Shown here: positions 56,414 to 64,000 of the stretch, one piece after another
Layout of the letters: each line of letters opens with the position of its first letter
Position numbering within the stretch: position 1 is the stretch's first letter
Virus record (IMG/VR): IMGVR_UViG_3300007540_000013
Coordinates: 35,006 to 99,005 of that record
DNA: 64,000 nt
Source: a virus
Strand: one strand, 5' to 3'
The notes under the pieces: generated by a model
Database searches by the model: none
What the model saw: the letters and a program-made list of their open reading frames with translations, nothing else
What the model was told of the DNA's origin: nothing
Position numbers and translations under genes: made by a program

Positions 56414-57730
56414 ATGGCAGAATGGAAAAAAGTCATCGTCTCCGGGAGTAATATCTCTCAACTAGCAAACGATGCGAATTATCTGATAGACGGACAAAGT
56501 GGTGCCGTACTAACAGGCTCTTTCTCGGGATCGTTCGCAGGCGATGGTTCCGGGTTAACAGGCGTTGTAGCGCAAAACGCTAACGCTTTAGTAGATGGAA
56601 ACGGTATTGCTAACTTTAGCTATGACGGTTCCGCAAGTGGCGTAGCAGTAGCAGTAGAAGTTTCTGGATCAACGCTGACAGTAACTTCTGCCGGTGTTGC
56701 GGTAGCAGCAGGAGGAATCACAGTTTCTGAATTAGCAGCTGACGCTGTTACAGGGGCTAAGATTGCTGACGATGCAGTAGATAGCGAACACATCGCTGCT
56801 GGTGCTATCGATTTCGAACACTTCGCAGCAGGTTCAGTTAGTGGTAGTGCTATCGCAGATAGTGGTATCCCTAACGCTAAACTTGATAACGCTAGTGTAA
56901 CAGTCGGTACTACAGAAATCGCTTTAGGTGCTTCAGCTACTACAATTGCTGGTTTATCAAGCGTTACTTCTACAGCGTTTGTCGGTGATTTAACCGGTAC
57001 TGCAGATAGCGCTTCTATCGCAGATGCTGTTGCTCCAAACTCAGTTGCTTTAGGTACTGATACTACTGGTAACTACGTTCTGAGTCTAGCAAATGCTACT
57101 AACGGTGGTACTACTATTACTAACGGTGCAACAGAAGGCGGTGCTGCTACTATTGCAGTAAATCTTAATGATCTAGCAGCAGCAGCAGTAGATGTAAGTG
57201 CTGATAGTATCGCTATTGTTGATGCTACTGATGGTTCTACTAAGAAAGAATCAATCGCTGACTTAGTATCAGGTATTGCAGGTACTAACTTATCAGCTAC
57301 TGATGGTCAATTAAGCTTAGGCAGTACGATTACCGGTAACCATGTATTCTCTAATAACATTACTGTTTCTGGTAACTTAACAGTAGAAGGTACTCAAATC
57401 AATGCTAACGTTGCTAACTTAGATGTAGAAGATAGATATATCTTATTGAACTCTGGTTCAGCTACAATTGGCGACTCAGGTATTGTATTTGGTGGATCTA
57501 CTGGTACAGCTCAACAAGGCACAGCACTCGTTTGGGACGCATCTTACAACAGTGATGATGGTCGTTTAGGTGTTGTAGCAGATATGTCCGGTAACGCTAC
57601 TGGCGATCAGACTATCGCTTACCATATTGCTGGTGTTTACGAAGGTACTGCCGTTGACGCTGCAACTGCTCAAGCCGATCACGTCGGTAACATCAGAGTT
57701 GAATCAAGCGACATCTACATCTACGTATAA
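56414..57730 (+). CDS. Fibre/structural protein (MAEWKKVIVSGS family)
   Basis: LAADAVTGAKIAD repeats, ALGTDTTGNY, NLDVEDRYILLNSG. Confidence 0.7.
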   Translation: MAEWKKVIVSGSNISQLANDANYLIDGQSGAVLTGSFSGSFAGDGSGLTGVVAQNANALVDGNGIANFSYDGSASGVAVAVEVSGSTLTVTSAGVAVAAGGITVSELAADAVTGAKIADDAVDSEHIAAGAIDFEHFAAGSVSGSAIADSGIPNAKLDNASVTVGTTEIALGASATTIAGLSSVTSTAFVGDLTGTADSASIADAVAPNSVALGTDTTGNYVLSLANATNGGTTITNGATEGGAATIAVNLNDLAAAAVDVSADSIAIVDATDGSTKKESIADLVSGIAGTNLSATDGQLSLGSTITGNHVFSNNITVSGNLTVEGTQINANVANLDVEDRYILLNSGSATIGDSGIVFGGSTGTAQQGTALVWDASYNSDDGRLGVVADMSGNATGDQTIAYHIAGVYEGTAVDAATAQADHVGNIRVESSDIYIYV

Positions 57731-57764
57731 CCTTAGATGTTAAAAAGTTTTAAAGAAAAGGACT

Positions 57765-57935
57765 ATGGGACTTGCAAAAAAACCTAAAGTTGTAGAGCAA
57801 AAGCCTAGTAGTAAGTTAACTCAAGGAGAAATTGAGTTTATTTTAACAAAGCTTCGAACCGCAGACTACAAAGGTACTGAGTTCGAAATGTTCTTCAACG
57901 TTTTTAATAAACTTTCGCAAGAATTACAGAAATAA
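57765..57935 (+). CDS. Small protein (56 aa, MGLAKKPKV...LTQGEIEFILTKLR), possible fibre chaperone; not in ORF track
   Basis: Hand-translated; lies between a fibre gene and a terminator. Confidence 0.65.
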   Translation: MGLAKKPKVVEQKPSSKLTQGEIEFILTKLRTADYKGTEFEMFFNVFNKLSQELQK

Positions 57936-57939
57936 GATT

Positions 57940-57970
57940 AGGGCCTTCGGGCCCTTTTCTTTTTCTTTTT
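57940..57970 (+). terminator. Intrinsic terminator with UUCG tetraloop
   Basis: AGGGCC-ttcg-GGCCCT-TTTCTTTTT. Confidence 0.9.
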
Positions 57971-57988
57971 ATCTATTTATATAAGAAT

Positions 57989-58042
57989 TTACCGTTGGCC
58001 TTTCGAGGAAGTGGGCTTAAATTAAGTAACCAACCGCAGTAA
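57989..58042 (+). ncRNA. Candidate structured 5' leader (three-way junction)
   Basis: GTTGG/CCAAC, CCT-ttcg-AGG, CTTA-aat-TAAG; lies between late promoter 57974 and ATG 58053. Confidence 0.45.
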
Positions 58043-58052
58043 CAGTATTATT

Positions 58053-60539
58053 ATGCCAAATTGGAAAAAGGTCATTACCTCAGGTAGTGATGCATCTTTA
58101 ACTTCTATTTACAGCGTCGGACCAATCACAGGTTCCGATTTAAAAATCAACGACTGGGGATCAGTATCAGCTTCTTTAGCATCATTAGACGCATCTACTT
58201 ATAACGACTCAGATGTAACTGACCATATTAGTTCACTAGGCGTTGTATCTGGATCATCTCAGATCACAATTTCAGACACCACTGGATATACTACATTCTC
58301 AAGTTCTATTGCATCAGATATTGCTGCAATTGATTTAAGTGTTACTTTGCAGGACGCTACTGATAACGGCGCTATTAATAGAAGAGCTCCAGAACCAACT
58401 GACTCTCTTGCTGATTGGGCAAGCACCGATGTTAATATTATAATCACAGGTAGTTTAGTAGCAGCAGCACCTGGTTACGAGACTCAGTATGCTCATTTAC
58501 AAGGAAATAGTCTAGATCTAGGAAGATCCGGCTCTACTGATACTTATATACAGTTAAATGGGAATAATGGAGGTTTAAGACTCGGCCCAGATGGGAGTAT
58601 AGTGGATATACATTCTGAGCAAATCTTAAATATACATACAGATAAGAACTTCCTTACACTGTATACCTCAGGAAGTAGTACATCGTATATTCGGAGCTTA
58701 AACGAATACGGCCCAGGCGGCAGCACTCAGTATGCTGGTCAAGTTTTAAAATTAGTTAATTCATACGCCGGCGCAGGATCAAATGCAAACTTTAATCTAA
58801 ATCATCAAGCAAAAGGTCAAATCGGACCAAACGGCGGCACTGCACTTAATTACGAATACTTAACAGTTAAAGGAGCGCAACACACTGTAAATGATGATGT
58901 TGAAGTAAACTTATTTGGGGACGTTATCAAAATGTCAACCACAACCGGTAGTTTTGGAGATAATCCGAGAGTTGAGATCAAACAATTAGGTACTGAAGTT
59001 TTCGGTAACCTCACAATCGACGGTACCGGTATTACAGGAATGGACGGAAGTATTAACGCTTCCGGAGCAATCACAGGTTCCGATTTAAAAATCAACAATT
59101 GGGGTTCAGTCTCCGCATCTCTTGCCTCTATCGAAGCTAGTGGCGCATCACAGACACTTCAAGAAGTAACAGATAACGGTAGTACCACTACAAATAGTAT
59201 TACTGTTGATTCTACAGTCCATGTAGGCCGCGGTGGGGGCTCAGTTACTTCAAACACAGCCGTTGGTAATAATGCACTTGGTTCAAATTCTACTGGTACT
59301 AATAACACTGCTTTTGGTAAAGACTCACTTTCATCTATTACAGATGCACACCAAAACGTTGCATTCGGTGATGGTGCCCTCCGTGATTTAACATTATCAG
59401 GAACTGCTGCAAATACCGCAGTAGGGTATCAAGCTCTTAGAGATAGTACTGGAACATCACAAGCAGTCGCAATAGGTAATCAATCAGCCGTGGGTGCTAC
59501 CGGTGATTATTTCACAGCAGTAGGTTACCAATCACTTGTAAGTGCTACAGGAGATGAAAATACTGCACTTGGTTATAGAGCCTTAAAAGACGCTACAAGT
59601 GCTGATCAAAATACTGCAGTAGGTACAAGAGCACTACAGGATCTTACTACGGGTGATAATAATACTGCAATAGGTAAAGATGCGGGTCTATTAAAAGGCA
59701 ATGGAGGATCAAACCTAACCTCAGCTAATGGTGTATTCTTAGGATACAATACTAAACCAGCAACCCAAACTAGCAGCAATGAAATTGTTATTGGGTATAA
59801 TGCCGTTGGTAATGGCAGTAATACAGTTACTATTGGTAACTCATCAATTACAGATAACTACTTCTCAGGTAATATCTCAGGTTCAGACACCCATATAGAT
59901 GAATGGGGCTCAGTCTCAGCTTCACTATCTAGTTTAAACAATACTATAGTCGAATCTGGATTTGTAGATGTAACCGGAACACCAACCAGCAACCAGTTAG
60001 CTATCTACAGCGATTCAAATACAATAAAGAGTGATACATCATTCAAAGTTATTGAAAATCAGCTAGGTAGAGGATCTACGTATAACCAATGGGACGGAGA
60101 TCAAGTAGATCTAATCTTCGCTCCTGGTATGAAAGCGCACGGTATTGAATTAGGAGATTTAAATCCTGCTTCAACACCATTCACTGCGTCTTTAACTATA
60201 CATACAAATCACGGAGCAACTTCAAACTCTGTAGAAAAGACTGCTCACGGACACCAATATGCTGCGGGTACTCATGTAGTATATACTGCTGCATGTTCTT
60301 CAGTGATGATACATTATAACTTATTAGAAGACAGCGCAGTAAGATCAGGTCAACTAGTGGTTGCAGTATACGGTAACGAAGCAACGCTCGTTGAACATAG
60401 TACATCAGATATAGGAACCGGAGACACTACCGGAGCAAGATTTATTGCTACAGCATCTAGTAATACTCTAACGTTATCTATAGTATCTGCAGCAGGAGGT
60501 TCCGTTAGTTTTAGTGCTGAAAGAATGTATAGTGTATAA
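58053..60539 (+). CDS. Tail fibre/adhesin with YadA-head-like beta-roll repeats
   Basis: MPNWKKVITSGS; about ten NTA[VFLI]G..AL-type repeats; WGSVSASL three times; LQ..TDNG. Confidence 0.75.
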   Translation: MPNWKKVITSGSDASLTSIYSVGPITGSDLKINDWGSVSASLASLDASTYNDSDVTDHISSLGVVSGSSQITISDTTGYTTFSSSIASDIAAIDLSVTLQDATDNGAINRRAPEPTDSLADWASTDVNIIITGSLVAAAPGYETQYAHLQGNSLDLGRSGSTDTYIQLNGNNGGLRLGPDGSIVDIHSEQILNIHTDKNFLTLYTSGSSTSYIRSLNEYGPGGSTQYAGQVLKLVNSYAGAGSNANFNLNHQAKGQIGPNGGTALNYEYLTVKGAQHTVNDDVEVNLFGDVIKMSTTTGSFGDNPRVEIKQLGTEVFGNLTIDGTGITGMDGSINASGAITGSDLKINNWGSVSASLASIEASGASQTLQEVTDNGSTTTNSITVDSTVHVGRGGGSVTSNTAVGNNALGSNSTGTNNTAFGKDSLSSITDAHQNVAFGDGALRDLTLSGTAANTAVGYQALRDSTGTSQAVAIGNQSAVGATGDYFTAVGYQSLVSATGDENTALGYRALKDATSADQNTAVGTRALQDLTTGDNNTAIGKDAGLLKGNGGSNLTSANGVFLGYNTKPATQTSSNEIVIGYNAVGNGSNTVTIGNSSITDNYFSGNISGSDTHIDEWGSVSASLSSLNNTIVESGFVDVTGTPTSNQLAIYSDSNTIKSDTSFKVIENQLGRGSTYNQWDGDQVDLIFAPGMKAHGIELGDLNPASTPFTASLTIHTNHGATSNSVEKTAHGHQYAAGTHVVYTAACSSVMIHYNLLEDSAVRSGQLVVAVYGNEATLVEHSTSDIGTGDTTGARFIATASSNTLTLSIVSAAGGSVSFSAERMYSV

Positions 60540-60551
60540 AAGTAATTAGAT

Positions 60552-60585
60552 GTAGTTTATAAGAGATTAGTTTCTTATATTTATA
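60552..60585 (+). promoter_or_regulatory. Overlapping early-type and late promoter
   Basis: GTAG-N20-TATATTTA overlapping TATTTATA (60578-60585). Confidence 0.6.
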
Positions 60586-60633
60586 TAAAACGAAAACAAT
60601 TAATCCTTTGGATAGGGAAAAAGGATCTAGAAT

Positions 60634-63600
60634 ATGGCTAACGAATTTGTAATTAGGAATGGACTTAAAGTCCAAAGCGGTAGTGTAGACTTAGGGAATG
60701 TATCCTTAAATTTAGGTACTACAGGATCTGCAGCACTACCAGCTGGTAATAAACCAGTCGTATTAACATACGATACTGAAACTAATACAGTAACGTATCA
60801 GTTAGCTGCATCTGGATCTTTAGGGGAGTACGGTAATATAGGTATTCAAGGACCCGGAGGTATACAAGGTATAGCCGGTAACCAGGGTGTACAAGGTACC
60901 CAAGGTATAACATCTACTACACAAGGTACTCAAGGTATTAAAGGTACTCAAGCACCAAAAGGTACTCAAGGTACTGCTGGTGTTCAAGGTCTTGTAGGTA
61001 ACCAAGGAACTACAAATACAACTCAAGGTACTCAAGGAAACAAAGGTGTTCAAGGGCCGAAAGGTGAAAAAGGTATCGCCGGTGTTCAAGGTACCGTAGG
61101 TAACCAAGGAACTACTTCTGAAACACAAGGTACTCAAGGTACTAAAGGTGTTCAAGCACCAAAAGGTACTCAAGGTATCGCCGGTGTTCAAGGTCTTGTA
61201 GGTAATCAAGGTACAACATCAACCACTCAAGGTACTCAAGGTGATACTGGTACTCAAGCACCAAAAGGTAAAATCGGACCTGCTGGTGTTCAAGGTACCA
61301 TAGGTAACCAAGGAACTACTTCTGAAACACAAGGTACCCAAGGTAATAAAGGTGTCCAAGGTCCGAAAGGTAAAATCGGAACTGACGGTGTTCAAGGTCT
61401 TGTAGGTAATCAAGGTACTGCTAATACTACTCAAGGAACCCAAGGCGATACTGGTACTCAAGCACCAAAAGGTACTCAAGGTATCGCCGGTTCCCAAGGT
61501 ACAATAGGTAACCAAGGTACTACTTCTGAAACACAAGGTACCCAAGGTGATACTGGTACTCAAGCACCAAAAGGTACTCAAGGTATCGCCGGTGTTCAAG
61601 GTATTTTAGGTAACCAAGGAACTGCTAATACTACCCAAGGTACCCAAGGTAATAAAGGTGTCCAAGGACCGAAAGGTACTATCGGTATTTCCGGTGTTCA
61701 AGGTAACATAGGTAACCAAGGTACTGCTGATACTACTCAAGGAACCCAAGGTACTAAAGGTACTCAAGGACCGAAAGGTGAAGTAGGACCTGCCGGTGTT
61801 CAAGGTATAGTAGGTAACCAAGGTACTACTTCTGAAACACAAGGTACCCAAGGCGATACTGGTACTCAAGCACCAAAAGGTACTCAAGGTACTGCTGGTG
61901 TTCAAGGTATCATAGGTAACCAAGGAACTGCTAATACAACTCAAGGTACACAAGGTAATAAAGGTGTCCAAGGACCGAAAGGTGAAGTAGGAACTGACGG
62001 TGTTCAAGGTCTTGTAGGTAACCAAGGTACTGCTAATACAACTCAAGGTACTCAAGGTACTAAAGGTGTTCAAGCACCAAAAGGTACTCAAGGTATCGCC
62101 GGTGTTCAAGGTACCATAGGTAACCAAGGAACAACATCCACCACTCAAGGTACTCAAGGTGATACTGGTACTCAAGCACCAAAAGGTACTCAAGGTATAG
62201 ATGGACCGCAAGGTATAGTAGGTTCACAAGGTACTACATCTACTACACAAGGTACTCAAGGTTTACAAGGAACACAAGCACCAAAAGGTACTCAAGGTAC
62301 AGATGGACCGCAAGGTATATTAGGATCTCAAGGTACAACAAGTACTACTCAAGGTACTCAAGGTTTACAAGGTACTCAAGCACCGAAAGGTGAAAAAGGT
62401 ATTGCCGGGCCTCAAGGTATAACCGGTAATCAAGGTACTACATCTACTACTCAAGGAACACAAGGAACACAAGGAACACAAGCACCAAAAGGTACTCAAG
62501 GTACAGATGGACCGCAAGGTATAGTAGGTAATCAAGGTACAACATCCACTACTCAAGGAACACAAGGAACACAAGGAACACAAGCACCAAAAGGTGAAAA
62601 AGGTATTGCCGGGCCTCAAGGTATAGTAGGTTCACAAGGTACAACAAGTACTACACAAGGTACTCAAGGTTTACAAGGTACTCAAGCACCAAAAGGTACT
62701 CAAGGTATTGACGGTCCACAGGGTATATTAGGATCTCAAGGTACTACATCTACTACTCAAGGAACACAAGGAACACAAGGAACACAAGCACCGAAAGGTA
62801 CTCAAGGTACCGCTGGTAGTCAAGGTATATTAGGATCTCAAGGTACTGCATCTTCAACTCAAGGTACACAAGGAACTAAAGGAACACAAGCACCGAAAGG
62901 TACTCAAGGTACTGCTGGTGTTCAAGGTATCATAGGTAATCAAGGAACTGCTAATACTACACAAGGAACACAAGGAACTAAAGGTAGTCAAGGTACGAAA
63001 GGGGAAGTAGGTATTAGCGGTTCCCAAGGTACAATAGGTAACCAAGGTACCAATATAACAACACAAGGGACACAAGGAACTAAAGGATCGCAAGGTACTA
63101 AAGGGACTATCGGTATTTCCGGTTCCCAAGGTACAATAGGTAACCAAGGAACAGCTAATACTACACAAGGAAATCAAGGTACTAAAGGTACTCAAGGTCC
63201 GAAAGGTGAAAAAGGTCTCGCCGGTGTTCAAGGTATCGTAGGTAACCAAGGTACAACATCCACCACTCAAGGTACTCAAGGTACTAAAGGTGTTCAAGCA
63301 CCAAAAGGTATTCAAGGTATCGCCGGTGTTCAAGGTATCGTAGGTAACCAAGGCACTGCTAATACAACTCAAGGTACTCAAGGAAACAAAGGTAGCCAAG
63401 GTACTAAAGGGACTATCGGTATTAGCGGTTCCCAAGGTACAATAGGTAACCAAGGTACAAATATAACAACACAAGGGACACAAGGAACTAAAGGTAGCCA
63501 AGGTACTAAAGGGACTATCGGTATTTCCGGTTCCCAAGGTACAATAGGTAACCAAGGTACCAATATAACAACTCAAGGGACACAAGGAAACAAAGGTGTC

Positions 63601-64000
63601 CAAGGTACTAAAGGGACTATCGGTATTTCCGGTTCCCAAGGTACAATAGGTAACCAAGGTACTGCTAATACAACTCAAGGTACTCAAGGTACTAAAGGTG
63701 CTCAAGGTCCAAAAGGTAAAATCGGAACTGACGGTGTTCAAGGTATAGTAGGTAACCAAGGAACAGCTAATACTACCCAAGGTACACAAGGAAACAAAGG
63801 TGTCCAAGGTCCGAAAGGTGAAAAAGGTATCGCCGGTGTTCAAGGTACAGTAGGTACCCAAGGAACAGCTAATACTACACAAGGAACACAAGGTACTAAA
63901 GGTACTCAAGGACCGAAAGGTAAAAAAGGTATCGCCGGTGTTCAAGGTACAGTAGGTACCCAAGGAACTGCTAATACTACCCAAGGTACACAAGGAAACA
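60634..64000 (+). CDS. Giant collagen-like fibre protein (>1120 aa, runs off window end); not in ORF track
   Basis: MANEFVIRNGLKV... then G-X-Y repeats (GTQ, GNQ, GVQ, GIA, GPK/APK); reading frame holds to the window end. Confidence 0.93.
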   Translation, partial: MANEFVIRNGLKVQSGSVDLGNVSLNLGTTGSAALPAGNKPVVLTYDTETNTVTYQLAASGSLGEYGNIGIQGPGGIQGIAGNQGVQGTQGITSTTQGTQGIKGTQAPKGTQGTAGVQGLVGNQGTTNTTQGTQGNKGVQGPKGEKGIAGVQGTVGNQGTTSETQGTQGTKGVQAPKGTQGIAGVQGLVGNQGTTSTTQGTQGDTGTQAPKGKIGPAGVQGTIGNQGTTSETQGTQGNKGVQGPKGKIGTDGVQGLVGNQGTANTTQGTQGDTGTQAPKGTQGIAGSQGTIGNQGTTSETQGTQGDTGTQAPKGTQGIAGVQGILGNQGTANTTQGTQGNKGVQGPKGTIGISGVQGNIGNQGTADTTQGTQGTKGTQGPKGEVGPAGVQGIVGNQGTTSETQGTQGDTGTQAPKGTQGTAGVQGIIGNQGTANTTQGTQGNKGVQGPKGEVGTDGVQGLVGNQGTANTTQGTQGTKGVQAPKGTQGIAGVQGTIGNQGTTSTTQGTQGDTGTQAPKGTQGIDGPQGIVGSQGTTSTTQGTQGLQGTQAPKGTQGTDGPQGILGSQGTTSTTQGTQGLQGTQAPKGEKGIAGPQGITGNQGTTSTTQGTQGTQGTQAPKGTQGTDGPQGIVGNQGTTSTTQGTQGTQGTQAPKGEKGIAGPQGIVGSQGTTSTTQGTQGLQGTQAPKGTQGIDGPQGILGSQGTTSTTQGTQGTQGTQAPKGTQGTAGSQGILGSQGTASSTQGTQGTKGTQAPKGTQGTAGVQGIIGNQGTANTTQGTQGTKGSQGTKGEVGISGSQGTIGNQGTNITTQGTQGTKGSQGTKGTIGISGSQGTIGNQGTANTTQGNQGTKGTQGPKGEKGLAGVQGIVGNQGTTSTTQGTQGTKGVQAPKGIQGIAGVQGIVGNQGTANTTQGTQGNKGSQGTKGTIGISGSQGTIGNQGTNITTQGTQGTKGSQGTKGTIGISGSQGTIGNQGTNITTQGTQGNKGVQGTKGTIGISGSQGTIGNQGTANTTQGTQGTKGAQGPKGKIGTDGVQGIVGNQGTANTTQGTQGNKGVQGPKGEKGIAGVQGTVGTQGTANTTQGTQGTKGTQGPKGKKGIAGVQGTVGTQGTANTTQGTQGN
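60823..64000 (+). repeat. Tandem 102-bp (34-aa) repeat, 31 complete units plus a partial
   Basis: Units start at 60823, 60925, 61027, 61129, 61231 ... 63781, 63883, 63985. Confidence 0.95.

Noticed and set aside
6303-60405. Numerous short - strand ORFs inside long + strand genes
   Set aside because: Antisense artefacts of codon bias; no promoters or recognisable motifs
60820-63993. Several - strand ORFs rich in T/L/S/C in the ORF track
   Set aside because: Antisense shadows of the + strand collagen repeat; the + frame has a promoter and start context and stays open
1-64000. Stop-codon reassignment, inteins/introns, tRNAs
   Set aside because: Core genes are full length and uninterrupted under the standard code, TAG and TGA both end genes at sensible positions, and no cloverleaf was found in the short intergenic gaps by eye

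Overview
64-kb segment of a large, AT-rich, T4-like (myovirus-type) tailed phage, almost entirely + strand. The probable host is Bacteroidota: promoters match the -33/-7 type, starts are A-rich and lack a Shine-Dalgarno sequence, and there is an Hc1-like histone and D-T-[VIL] sequons in a membrane protein. Layout: (i) 1-3.7 kb, an early array of small ORFs, most preceded by a repeated GTTG-N20-TATATTTA promoter/initiation cassette; (ii) 3.7-8.2 kb, accessory genes, an origin-like AT-rich locus, an HD hydrolase and a gp55-like sigma factor; (iii) 8.2-22.6 kb, baseplate module; (iv) 22.6-24.8 kb, GIY-YIG nuclease, primase and exonuclease; (v) 24.8-34.5 kb, enzymes and acidic proteins sharing (I/L)-x-E / EVLAE motifs, possibly protease-processed head cargo (kinase, nucleotidyltransferase-zincin fusion, nucleotidase-MnSOD fusion); (vi) 35-45 kb, terminase, portal, protease, scaffold, major capsid protein, PhoH; (vii) 45-64 kb, neck, tail-terminator and fibre genes, ending in a >1100-codon interrupted-collagen gene with a strict 102-bp repeat that the ORF track missed. 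Late genes are preceded by TATTTATA. Several intergenic segments look like structured RNAs, the best being a three-way junction with kissing loops at 31342-31444. No tRNA, rRNA, CRISPR array, integrase or intein was seen. All functional calls come from reading motifs by eye; no database searches were run.
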